A stretch of DNA of 64,000 nt from positions 21,266,001-21,330,000 of the forward strand of contig OZ365110.1 of the NCBI GenBank assembly GCA_977030845.1. Direction: 5' to 3'. Every line of letters begins with the position of its first letter. Positions within the stretch are counted from its first letter, which is position 1. Position numbers and translations under genes: made by a program. The stretch is from Fimbriosthenelais zetlandica. Its lineage: Eukaryota. The notes beneath the pieces are model-generated. The model ran no database searches, was not told the origin of the DNA, and saw only the letters and a program-made list of their open reading frames with translations. Positions 21,966 to 35,390 of this stretch are shown one piece after another.

Positions 21966-24900
21966 TCAGTTACTTCCAGATGAACCTGGGTGCACTTTGT
22001 TTTCAGTCATGCAGCTCACAGCGTAAATCTTGGGGACAAACAGACAAACTAATGTCACAGTTGCATTCATTGTTAAACAACATATAGTTAGTATTGTCTG
22101 ATTCATGGCCTTGTTACTTGTCAAGTAAGCTGGCAGAAGAACAAGCCAAAGAAAAACTGTTGTTGTTACAGAGATAAAAATGAACCAAGACTCATTGAAG
22201 TTGTCTGGCAGTTTCCTGATGAGAAAGCCAAATGCGGCACAGAATAGAACCATCAGAAAACAGAATGTCACTTGTGGAAGGACGGAGGGTGGAGTTAATC
22301 TGCAGAATAATTCAACTTCCCTCACTGTGTCCTGCTGTTGACGCTTTTGAGCCGTATTTGGATGAACAATGTCTGTAACGACCTCAATCAGAAGCTGAAA
22401 ATGAACCAAATCTGTATTCAATATGAGCAGAAGAATATCTTTTTTTGCTCAACAAAGGTAAGGAGGTATACTTGGAGGACAACAATAATGAAGCAGAATA
22501 GAACAGGTGTCAGGTTTCCGGTACCCCAGATCAACAAAGCCCACAATCTTCCTCTTGCATAAGTTGTGCGAACCCGAGCTGGACCAATTGCAGCCTCGCT
22601 GAAATAAAATTGCGGGGAAAATGTTGTCCAGAGAGTGAACATTAGAACTGAACATTAGTGGTATACTATATGCAGACGTCAACAGGGAAGACCAAGAAGG
22701 TAATCATATATGACAAAAGATATCAAAGGATGGCCAGAACTGAGTATTGAGAAGCAAAAAGAATGGCCCAGGATAGAGCAACTTGGAGGGAATAATATGC
22801 AACATGGTGCAAACATGTTCACAGTCATATACACATGCAGTACACATACATACATGTATACATACCAGTGAAAGCAGTATGGTGATCGTGATGGTGATTT
22901 GACTTCTATTGCTGACAAGCCTCACTGCGGTGACACCCTTTCTACCAGAATTAAAGATGCGGTATACTCTGATACTTTTGATAAGTTGTGGAGCAAACAT
23001 TATTCCAATGGACATAAAGAACATGGTCTTCCTGACGATGCAGACTCCATCTGTAGGCTTCAAGAGATGCGGAAGCGTTGTAACATAAGCAAATGCTATA
23101 CCAAATAGCAGAATGCCACTGAGGTGTATGCTACAGGCTTTGACAAGTTGATTTGTCCTGTGAAGATGCAACCAAGCAGCAGTTGAAAAGGTGAACAGTA
23201 AGCCTATGAAGGAAATGCAACAGAAGATGGCAGCAATAGGCGAAGTTAGTTGTAGAAATATGGGCTTGATTTCCGTGCAACCTTTCAATGAAAGTTTATC
23301 CGGCCAGTGATATTTTGGACAATGGTCGCAGCTGGTGTGTTTTGAGTTCAGTCTTTTGTTTATTGGACACTCTTCACAGTTCCAACAACATGCCAATTCC
23401 AGACGTACGGCATAGTATCTCCCAGTGCAAGGACTGCTGCATATTGATACCGGAGATAAGTTGTTTGGTACAGTTATCTGACGTTCATTCCATTTAAGTT
23501 TATCATTGAAGACAACAAGCTTCTCAGTCATTTGGTCCCAACTGCCCACTCTGGTGAACAAATCTTTATTTTTCGAATCATATTGTAAAATTGAGAACTT
23601 GCCAATGCGATCACCAGTTGCTGTGAATCTGATTGCTCCATTTTGGGTAATAATTGATGTATTTCTTATGTATTTCAAAAGGAGTTGTCCATTTATACAG
23701 TTCAATATGCCTGTTTTTGTTTGGAAAGCTTCAGGGCAATTATCATCTATGATGTTATGCAGGGCATGTGCAAAGACGAGTACAGCATCAATGTATAACG
23801 ACTCAGACGAATCTGACTGATAGTCAGTGCTGACAATGGTGGCATTTCTATATTGTTCACACTCTTCTTCATCAGAGCAGTTATAGAAATATGTCCAGAA
23901 TTTAGCAACCCATGGATTCTCAGGTCGGTTCTCTGGCGTTATTGAGCGGTAATAATCAAGAAAATTTTCCACTTTATTGAAATAAGGTACGGCTACTAAC
24001 ATACTGTCAGCCCGGGGTCCATCATTGGATCCAACCATTATATCTCCAGCAACCCATATAAAATGTCCAGACATACCAAGTTCATCTAAAGCGTCATAGA
24101 CTGCAAATCTTTCAAAGTCAGTCAGAAGATTGATGACAACTCGAGCCTCAGGATTACTTTTGAGTTTAGAAGCCACTCTCCTTGTCTCAGTTTGGCTAGG
24201 AAAGAATGACACCCTTTGAGATACCGGTATGCAGATTCCCCGAGCATCAGCCAAGTCATGGATCATTCTAGCTTGTCGGTATCCATATTCCGCATCAGGG
24301 AAGAGTACCGAGATATAAGTCCAATTAAAATGTGAAATTAAGTCGAATAAAGCAATCATCTGAAAATGAATAAATATGGAAAATCAGGTATACCAGCCTC
24401 TTAACAGGTATAAAAACTCAGGAAGTCAGGGACAATGAAAAAGTTTTAAAGAGGTCAAGTTACAGGGCAGGCCAGTTTTCGAACTGATGACTATCAATAT
24501 CACCTCATAATAACGTTGTGTTATAATTCAATTGAATGGTCGAGGAAGTTCCCTACCTCATATTGATGAAACTAGATCTAAAGTCAACTTTCTCTGGCAG
24601 AATGATATGGCGTCTAACTGATTTGGAAGATATTTTCAACAATTATGTCCACAATGCTGCCTATGTTCAAATTGATCTATTTGCCTACGGAAATTACCTC
24701 AAGCAAGCCAAGCAAGCAACTTTCAGTTATTCATTTCAAGATAAAATGATTCCCTGCATTGTACGTACCATTATCTCCATCTTCTTTTTACATATAATTC
24801 CTTTCTAAATAAATACATACACCAATTCTAAGGGCGCATAATATAATAGAGAATGTTGATACTGCCACTACGATTTGGTTTTTGAACCAGCATAATACCG

Positions 24901-27083
24901 GATTTCCTTGTGAAATAAATGTACTTAAAAATAATAAGGTTATTAGCTCTATAAATGCCATTTTTTAATGGTACTTTATAATATACACGAATATAATATT
25001 TCGATATGAGGCATCTATTAGGATTTCTATAGAATGGATTCGTTTTTTCCAAATGAAGCCTCATGACAGAATCTAGACCTGTTGTATATTCATTGTCATG
25101 CCAGTCAGCAAATGGCGGATGCAGCAGCAAAGCTTTATATCAGTCTGGTATGACTTTTATTCCCTTGGGAATGAGCATGCTGCAATGTGCATTTTGTGCG
25201 AGAAGCATGCAGTTATGTTTATTTAAGCTACAACGTTTAGCATAGGCAAACAGGTAAAGTGCCACTTGTTATTTGGCCCATCAGTCATAGAGCAGAAACA
25301 TGATCATCCTGGGCAATATAAAAGTTTTTTGAAAGCATGGTGTCGTCCACAGCATGCATGCCTTTAATTTGAGGAAACGCTTTGGTTTCTTCTATCCATA
25401 GGAGTCGTTAAACAAACAATATTTTTGGCAAACACATAAACATAATATAATGGAAGTTTCATAGAACGGAATTACACTTTCAAAACCTTGAATGCAGAAG
25501 TTTTTTTTCACTTATTCAGTTACAAGTGAGTGTGGTGTCTTTGTCTCAGTTCTGTCTACCAGGATTGATCTAACATGTTTAAAAACATCCAGGCTAAATT
25601 CTGCCGTCCAAAGCTAAAACGCAGTATACTATACTATTATGTATAGATACATACTGCGTTTTAGCTTTGGACGGCAGTAAATCTATAGTCAAACAACGGC
25701 CCATTATTGTAATGGTCGTCCTAATATTACCAGGTTCCTGGACATCAGTTTTAAGGTAGCAAAAATAATGTTTGACTATGACAAAAACAGTTACTGTAGG
25801 CATCTTTATCATGACACATCTCAAACCCTCATGAAAGCTCTCCTCTGAGAAAGTTTGATGCACACCTGGGGCCACTAAGGGTCGTTCCCTATCTAAAAAC
25901 CCGCCCATTTTAAAGGACTTTACCTTTTCCTTAGAAAACAATACTATATCATTATGTAGAAATCCACAGTATAATCCAAATTAAAAAAAATGTAAGGAGA
26001 TTTTACCCGTCCAAAATAACCCCTTCTTAAGAAAAAAGGGAGAACATATGTTGGTCTAAACAAACATAAAATATGTTTGTTTAGACCAACAATGAAATAG
26101 GCTAGAATAATACTACAGGCGCATGCAATTTGAAATAGAAATTCATCAAACAAGGCCTCTAGCTATAAAACTTCTGACAAATTGTCCGTTCTCTTTATTG
26201 AAAGTATACCCCTTTTCACATTTACTAGGAGAAAGATCTGAAAAGGTACCCCTCTTTTAGATTTCAAGGTCCTTGATCTTAGGATCAAAAGTACCCCCTT
26301 TTCCATTGAAATTGGGAACAGACTTTGGTTCAGACTGCCCTCCGGCGAGATGCATAACTTTGATTTTCTGCTTGTTTAATATCCTCTAATTCTATTCCAA
26401 TCATTATGGAGTAGAATTAGAGGCTTTGGACTACTTACCATAACACTATCTGGAGGTGACAGTCTGGAGAAGTATGGATATCTTGTTTTATCGCTAAGCT
26501 CATCATAAGAAGCTCTTGTAGAAAGAACTGGTATTTCATACAAACCCAACAGCTGACTAACGAGTTTGCTTTCGATGCTTGCTGGAGGGTCCACAACACC
26601 TATTACCTGAGTATGTTGTGGGCCATTCTCGCAGTTGCTATATCTTTTCATATCTTCACCATTGGTTAGGTGAGAAATAGGGTTTTCTGACTCTTCAGTT
26701 CCATTGGCAAATGCATGCCCCTGTGGAACAAACAGCTGAGATTTCGCCAAAGCACCCAGTTCACTCCAACACGTGTCATGTATAGCATAACCAAGGGTTA
26801 TGTTTGGAAGGATGTCGTGCCTAGAATTAACATCATTGATGGCAAAAATGAAAGCTTCGTAATAGCGGAGTGATTGATAAGCAAAATGAGTTACTTCATC
26901 AGCACATATACCAATCTCAGGGTTGTCGCTATTGTACAAGTATCCCACAAGAAGGCCAATGTATACATCTCCAGGTACGATGAGACATGTGGATGGCATG
27001 TGCGGGTTCTGTAGAAAGCTCCTTGATAGATGAAATGAATCAAAAACCAACAGAAATCCAAAAATTACAGCTTTAGGAAACAT
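21966..27083 (-). CDS. Class C GPCR, metabotropic-glutamate-receptor-like, ~855 aa, 3 exons
   Basis: Exons 26439-27083, 22866-24359, 21966-22394 (all phase 0). Signal peptide; Venus flytrap motifs PGDVYIGLL, ILPNITLGYAIHDTC, ELSDKTRYPYFSRLSPPD, HFNWTYIS, RPENPW; Cys-rich domain CCWNCEEC; 7TM with RKLPDNFNESWFI and LFVPKIY. Confidence 0.93.
25601..25677. repeat. Perfect 27-bp inverted repeat with 23-nt loop (intron 1 of class C GPCR)
   Basis: CTGCCGTCCAAAGCTAAAACGCAGTAT at 25601-25627 and its reverse complement at 25651-25677. Confidence 0.9.
25870..26330. repeat. Second copy (opposite orientation) of the 8620-8950 repeat family with an embedded hairpin and AAAGTACCCC-type subrepeats
   Basis: Shared 19-mer with 8807-8825; 19-bp perfect hairpin 26050-26090; repeated AAA(G)GTA(T)(A)CCCC-like motifs 26200-26305; boundaries approximate. 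Confidence 0.5.
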
Positions 27084-27484
27084 TATGCAACCACTACTGT
27101 AGTGATGTGCAAGAATGTATGACTGTAGTTGAAACCCTTCTTTGATTAATAATATATCTATGCAGATTTATCTTCAGGGTTGTCCAGTAGATGAGATATA
27201 ATTATGAGGAAAATGATTCCTTCCTTTTAGACTTGAGAGTGGGTTCCAATATTGGAATAGAAAGCAATATACAGGATCGAGAGGTGGCACAATGAATCTT
27301 CCCCACAGCCCTGGAGGCATTGAGCATCACTAACTCTCCCCCATTCAGTTTAATGCAAATGTGGATCTACTGTAACGGGCTCTGCAGCGCCACGTACAGG
27401 TGGATGGATATGAAGTGTCCTTTTTAATCGACTTTATTGCTTTACAAAAGAGGAACATTGTCATTTTCAGACGTCATTAAGTGA

Positions 27485-27517
27485 GCTGTTGCATATTATA
27501 TTATAATATGCAACAGC
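27485..27517. repeat. 33-bp AT-rich palindrome (16-bp arms)
   Basis: GCTGTTGCATATTATA-T-TATAATATGCAACAGC. Confidence 0.9.
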
Positions 27518-28716
27518 ATATTACAGATCTATAATTATATATATAGACCTGTAAATATTTATACCAGAACTACATACTCATAGAGAGTATGTATATACTG
27601 CGGTGGACCAATGGAGTTATGCACTTGACACGAGATGGCAGAGTGTACAACCTTTGTAATTCAGAATACAACGTTGATCTTTGAAATCAGAAGAACGTTT
27701 TCACAAACCGTATAATACTTATTGGCAATGATCTGACACACATATAGGTGGCGCGTTCTCATGGACCGGTGACATGGGTCAATACATACGACCTAGGTTT
27801 TTGATCTACATCTGGAGTAGGGATTTTAGTTGAGAAATTATAATATAAATTTAAAACCATTGCAAAATCGATTATGGACAGGGTTTATGATCTCTATAGT
27901 GTCTGCCACAACTTGTGGGTATTTTACCCAAGAGTCAAACGTTATGGTTAAACTATTGGCTGGAGAAAGTGGGAGAATTAGAGTGTGATCTGTGAAGTGT
28001 GAAAGCATGGGAGCATCATCAGAGCGTGTCAGCTTTACCTTAACTCTATTACTCTGAGCAGTGACAACAAGGATCAAGGCGTTAAATTACGATCCAGCCA
28101 GTTCTGTCGACCATCCATATGATTTATATTTCCTCATATTAGCATCGTTCTATGTAACTTTGGATCTTTATTCTTTATTCTCAGGGAACATGCAGGCGTG
28201 AATAAAGACCAGTTACTTGTTGTATATGGATTAGATGTTACACACATTCAGGTGAAGGAAAACAATCCATGCAAGGATTACAGATGCAGTAATAAGAAGT
28301 TCCAACTGGTTTGTCAGCTATACCAATTGGAGGAATCAAATATTTCTCAGGGCAGACCTTGTATTGCCACAGCAAATGGACCGTTACTAGGAAAACAAAG
28401 ACGATGTAAAACCGTCTGTACTCAGCTCACATTCCTACCAGAACTGACCCCAAGAAAGGCAATGTAATCCTGACTCAATTTTCATTGTTAGATTTTGGGA
28501 TCAACAATGTGAATGTTCTGTTATTGTGGGAGGATCAGTTCTTGCCTTGAGGAAAAATTACGTACGGGACAGGTAGGATACACGTGGATCCATCCAGTGT
28601 GTTATGATCAATGGCCCCGACTGACCTCTAATTGATCAGCTCGTCCATTATCCCAGGTGTGCTTAGATGTAATTGGTACATCAGTTGCCATTCACCGCCC
28701 TGATAACCGACACATC

Positions 28717-31700
28717 ATGGGGATTAAGGAGTGTTCAGTATTACTATTACTAGTATTGGTGATGGTCCTTCCAGATATAGGGTCTGGAGAAGTGCCCATT
28801 GGTAAGTATCATTCTTCTATCTGTATACGGGGGAGCTCCGAAGGGAAGCTTCTCCGAAGGGATCGCAATCGTATACATGTACATCGTCATTGGTGGTCTT
28901 GGCCAAATCATTAGACTATTACTTTTATAGTTCCATTTAAAGTCACTGCATGGGTTATTCGCAGCTGCCGGTACCACTGGCATGCCTATATTTAAAAATA
29001 TATAAATATATCTTATGAAAATATTAAACTTGCATATTATAAGCATCGATAATTATATTATTGTTATATTTCCCATCGTGGAGCAAGATATTGTTGCAAA
29101 CAATCAGAGCAATGGCATATGTAGGGTATTGTAATAACTGGTTGAGAGAAACAGGAGACATGCTCAGTTGCATGCATATCAAAATGCCGAAATGAGATAT
29201 ACTTCACGTCCAAAAGAAAGGATAAAAGTACATTCATGTCCTCTGATACAAATTACTGTTATGATAATGTACATGACCTCAGAAAATGTGAGCAATATTC
29301 TTTGAATGGTGTTATTATCACCCATATTGTTCAGGACTCACACTCTAAATACATTGATGGAATGCCGTTGGGCATCTTGCTGCCAGTTTACCAACATCAA
29401 ATAGACGGGGCTCTCAAATTTCTATTTTAAAAAATCAACGGGATAACATAATACTATAATGGCATACCAATGTGAACTATTCAACAAACAATAATACCAT
29501 TATCTAACAATGTTGCACATGAATGTTAGGAAGATGTGTTCGTGGGTTATAGGCATACTTTTTCTAAAATTCCTCCTAAACATCCGAGAGTGTATGGACA
29601 TCAAAAACCATCAGGATGTCAGTGTCAGAGGTTCAAGTGAATGCCTTCAGCTAGGCCCAGGTTAATAACACTCCTTTTATTGCCAGGTACTGTCAAGCCA
29701 TGGTCCTCTTTCTTGTCAAAGTTTTACATATAGCCAATTGTTGAGGGACGCTTGCCTGAAGCAAGATGGGGGGAAATAACCGTGTATTCAACAAAGGGTA
29801 GAAGGACGGCCCGTTATATATTGCCTTTCTTTGAAGCATATAATATAGCTCCTCCGAAAACTTGACATTAAAAGCTCACACGAGAAAGAAATGGAATGAG
29901 CTATTTATCAAAGTAAAGACATACATCATGGTTCTAAATATAATGACACCGATTTAATTTGGGTTCATCCAAATCATTCCAATCTCTTTATCTTAGAACG
30001 GATTGGAAGGAATCCAAATGAGCTTTACCTTGCTTGCAATTACGTATCTGGTGTCCATGCAGCCAACACCTTTTATCCGGAACTAAGTATCTGTTTTTGA
30101 TGTTATAACTACGAGGTCAAAGGCAGATTAGTGCCCTTCATTTCCCTTCTTTTATGGTCTTATTTACCTCACACATTGTATGAAAATTAACTCGAGATCC
30201 CCACATTAACAAACAAATTAAGTTAATGTGCATCAACCATATACATTCTGGAGGTTTATACTATGTATTTCGGTTTCTATGGATACACCTATTCATGCAA
30301 TAGATTGAATAGCCTGGCAAATATCCCGACTGGACCATCTGTTTGCATTATTGATGTTGGTTGGGGGTCTCACACCTGTGGGAGCATGCACGTATGCTGA
30401 AAGCAGGTAACGTGCCTTTGTACAGAATCAATGTGTGAGCTAAACGTACATGTGTAATCATCCATCACCATGATGTAGATCACAAATCTGTAAGTGCCTG
30501 CCTCAGGGTCCTTCTATTTACCCACTGGTGCCTCGAGGCGAAAGCATTTCCGCTCGTCTTTCCTGAATCGGTTCTAGAAGCCCATTAGGGAGGGAGTGTA
30601 CATGTGACTTTAATAAAAAAACACCTTGAACTGTTGTCATAAAATGTTCAATTCCGGAAAGCTTTAACCCTCCACAATCTCTGTTTGTCAGAACATTTTG
30701 AATTTCAATATTGATGACCTCAATCTAGAATGGAATGGCATTGCAAATGTATCCAAAAAGAGAAGATCATGTGTTTAGACAAAAATCTTCAAGGGGTACA
30801 TTCTGGTATTTGATAAATTAAAAATGCAACTTTCTCTAGATATATTTTTATCTATTTTCACTTTCTATTTTTTCTAGGCTGCCTGGGAAAGATAGATATC
30901 ACTTTTGTGATGGATCAGTCAGAAAGCATTAGAGAAAATGATCCACTGGACAGACCAGAAGAAAACTGGAATCTCTTCAAAAGCTTTGTCAAGTCCTTAG
31001 TGGATGGACTTCCTGTGGGCAATAATGATACTCGTATTGCCATGGTAAAATACTCTACACATGCCCATGTCATGTGGCATTTAAATCAATACACATATTC
31101 CCATGATATCCATAATGCTGTGGACGGGTTATATCATGAGGGAGGCAATACAAATACAGCAGAAGCCTTGGAAAAAACTCGTGAACAGGTCTTTGATCCA
31201 GGGATGGGCGACCGCCCTGAGGCTCGCAACGTCATAGTTTTAATGACAGATGGTCTGTCCACTGTTAGAGAACAGGATGTCTTCGAGCAGGCCAAGAGGA
31301 CAAGGGAAGCAGGGGTGGAGATTTATATTGTGGCCATCGGGCTTTATATAGATGAGGGTGAACTGAGGGAAATCAGCAAGGACTACAGCAAATATGTCAT
31401 CCTGGTACAAGATTTTGGGAGACTGAATGCTATACAGGATTTATTAGTCCATCGTGTCTGTGGACTGCCAGATCCAGCTCCACCTACTGACACACCACAA
31501 AGTAGGTCTATAACATTATACCAAGATTATATTCTAACTTTACCTTAACAATGTATTTCGATATAAATCTATGTATTATATTATAACTTACAACGTGTAT
31601 GTTTCAGACACTAATATAACTCCTCAATCTCCTCTGGCCCTTTTCATAGACCTGCACATTTTTGCTTTGTACATTCAGACTGCCAGAGGAAAATGGATCT

Positions 31701-32891
31701 CACGTTTATTGTGGATAATTCCGGTTCTATCAGAGACAAGAATAAAGACAATGAAACAGATAATTACGTGAGGCTGAAAACCTTCTTGGCTCATCTGATA
31801 GACCAATTGGATATCGGTCCTGAGAGAACACGTGTGGCTGCAATTCGCTTCTCAGATGTGGCTGAACTCGAATTCTACCTCAACTCACACCCCAACAAGG
31901 TATTCCATCAGTTCTTCTTTTATTATTAAACCGCCAGCAAAAAAAGCCATAATGGAAATTATGCATGCATGATGCAGCTATTAATGCTATGTAGATGATG
32001 CCATTGAGATTTCCGTCAACCAATTGTAAGGGCATCTAAGAAGGCACTGTCCAGGTTGTAAATTAGTTATAGTATGTATTAACAACATGCATTTTTATTT
32101 ATTTTTTGCACAGGATGATCTTAAGGAGAGAATAGAGAGGATGAACTTTCGGGGTTCAGATACAAACACGGCTGCTGCCATCCGTCTAACCCTATCACAG
32201 GTCTATAAGGAGAATAATGGTGACCGACCTGACGTCAGGGATGTGGTCATTCTCGTGACAGATGGGGAGAGTACAGTGGAGCAAAACATGACACTGGCTG
32301 AGGCAAATTATGCCAAGAAAAGAGGCATAAAGGTGGGTGTAGCTAAATGGAGAATATTATGGATGTACTCCTCTAGCAAAGCTACAACAACAAGCAATAA
32401 ACATTTCAGGATCCTGCAGATGAAATTATAGAAATGATCCTTCCTTCATTGCCATGGATCCTTAATTTTCATACAGGATCAGACAGCCTCATATTCATTG
32501 ACCTTTCTCATTTCCTTGCGTGCATCAACAAAAAAAGTACCATATAAGGGAATGTCTCTTAACAATAATTATTGATGACCTTCTAAATTAACGTTTTAGA
32601 GGAAGAATCTGACTTGAATCTGTCTTGATCTGGCTAAAGGTATCGAGCAAATTTGATATTCCTCGATATAAAAGCAGGCTGAATCTTACATTATTCTCTT
32701 TTCGACAGATTTACGTGGTGGGAGTGACAGATGAGATCAACGAGGCTGAGCTAAGGGGCATTGCCAGCGACCCTGATGAGGAATTCTTCTTCGACTCGAC
32801 CGACATCAAATACCTCAATTCTATCCTCTACAACCTCATCAATAATGTGTGCAAGAACGACAGACAATTTGCTGACACTGTTTTTGCCTAG
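28717..32891 (+). CDS. Secreted protein with two von Willebrand A domains (matrilin/collagen-VWA-like), ~443 aa, 5 exons
   Basis: Exons 28717-28801, 30878-31501, 31679-31899, 32114-32332, 32709-32891; phases consistent, 1332 nt. Signal peptide MGIKECSVLLLLVLVMVLP; MIDAS DQSES..TNT..TDG and DNSGS..TNT..TDG; Pro-rich linker PDPAPPTDTPQ. Confidence 0.92.
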
Positions 32892-35390
32892 CGTAACAAC
32901 ATGCAGCAGATTCAAGAAATTACGATAAAAGTCGTCGTTCAGATACTTGCACATTGAGATGACGGTATTTCAAGTACAAGAGTTTGCCATCGTTGCCCGT
33001 GTAAATCATTGGAATTAAAGGTTTACAAATGAAGATATTTCTGGAATCGGTGAGCCCAGATTAACTTAGATGGTATTTTGAGCTGCCCCGCGGTTACTAT
33101 GTTTGGGCCAGTATAATAATTTGTTCATTGGCATCAAACAGTCATTAGATGTTCAATCTCTATTAGAGTGACCAACAGCGGAGACAGGAAGGTCACAGTT
33201 CAAGAACATCGGAAACATTTCCTTTCCTAAAGAACCCGACTGACTTTTCCTTTTGAATCGCCAGAATCGTTGCTTAATGAACCAACTTTTGCTATCCGAA
33301 AATGACAGTTCACTTCAGGAACCATTTTTGTGTTCATTTATGTTTTATTATCAGGTATGTATATATAATACTCTCTCTATTTACAGTAATTAATGATGGT
33401 GCTCACACGCTAATAAAGTATAACAATGGAACAATTAGGGTCACTGCTTGGAAAAAAAACGTTGGAATATCGATCATACTTCACTTGATAATAATTCTGT
33501 CTTCCTAATAATGCATCTCATTATGCAGTATTTGAATTTATCAGCCTTGTATTCGATGAAAATGTAATATTATTATTTTGTTCTAACAATCCCTAACTAA
33601 CCGTATATGGTCATATAAAAGGAATACTACTTAACATTAACATTTAGAATGAATTTTAGTCACCGTATTTTATAATCTAAATTAGAGATCTTGTAAAAGT
33701 AACTTTAAATTCACAGATTATTTTTGTTATTACACCTTCCTGGCAGCAATGAAATTGTGTTCGAGTGTGCGACATGCATTTTATCCTTCCAGGGTAATTA
33801 TAGCATACATGTATGTACTTATGTGTAATATTAATGTTCACGACAAACAACACTTTAGCAAGTCTACATGTATACCGTACCTCGACCGCATTAACCGCAT
33901 TATTGTTGAGAACTATAGTCAATTCCCATTAGATATTGTACTGATAATATTTACCATTTCAGAGAGGCACAGTGAATTATGCTCAATAAAAATGAATAGG
34001 GAGTGAACGCACAGACTAGGCATTTACCGGCCATATCCCCCAGTACTAAACGCACAGAAATAGACGATGTATTATTTTTTTACTACATATCTTGGGCAAA
34101 TTATCGAAATGAATATGTGTCTATTATGATTTGATGTGAAATTAAAAAAAACATAACACAAATGACATGACAAATACATGTTCTCATTTGGTTTAGGTCA
34201 GCGGAGGGAAAGGCCCTTATCTATAGATATTCTTTTCACATTTGCACATTCCACCGAACAGGCCCTCAGACCTTATGAGCGCTTCTTCTCAGAAAAAGCC
34301 ATAAGCAACGTAAGGTCAGGACTCTCCACGGACTGGGATCAATTTGTCACATGATAGCGGACGCATCACATGACCATCAACATGGGGCAGAGAGACGCTT
34401 GTTGTACAAGTTAGAGTATAGAATGGGCATGCTATAATGCCATGTTTAAGAAAAGACATACCTCAACTGTATAGATCTATAAATTCTTGCACGAGTTTTA
34501 AGCTTTGTGTGTTTCGCATGAATCAAGTTAAATACACTTTAATGGACGTCAGACTGCATTACGTAAAGCATGGTGAATAGACCTTTTCGCCCCATTGTCA
34601 AGTAAAAGTGATATTTCTCCACCCACTCAAGAGTGCTATAAAGCATTGTAATCACAGAATGCCTCACGCCCGTCTTGATTATAGGCTAATGACTGCCATC
34701 ACACACTTTATTAATGTTGTCAAGGACAATTTGATCTGCTAACCATTTTTGTGGTCAGAATCGTGTTCCAATTGCGACGCTATAAGTCATGAAGCTGAAC
34801 ATGAGAACAGGCATGCAAGCCAGCAGTCACATATTGTACTATTCTACTGAAATTCTAAATGATCTGAGAAGAAGTCTATAATGCAATTTTATAGAATTTC
34901 TAACATTTAACATTTCTTAATATTCAAGTGTATATCATCTAATCATCTAACTAAGTGTGGAAGGCAGACAATTATAGACGAGATTATTGTTAATGCAGAC
35001 AACAGATCCTGCAACAATGAATATATAGCTAATGGTGTTACAATTCAGAAACAATTGGGAGCCAAAATCTGAACAATATGATAAATGCTTTAGTACCATG
35101 TATTTATACATGTACAGGTACATATATATTTGTATAAACACAAAGATCTGTTTGACTATAGCCAGCAGGCGTTGAGCATAGCATGCAGCACTCGTACTCT
35201 CTCCTGCTAAGGAGTTGCTCAAGCTATCAATCAAATTCAAAGCCACGCCCCCAGTCCCCCTCAACCCACACAACATTGCTCCCATTGGCTTTCCCACCTG
35301 ACCAAGGACACTTAATATGATAAACTGGCCTGGTCCACAGGTCTCTACTTTAATATCAAGCTGCCTGGAAGAAGAACAGAACCTTGGGAC

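Noticed and set aside
22418-22682. Track ORFs 22418..22642 and 22449..22682 as extra GPCR exons
   Set aside because: They lie in intron 2; TM4 joins in phase directly from 22866 to 22394.
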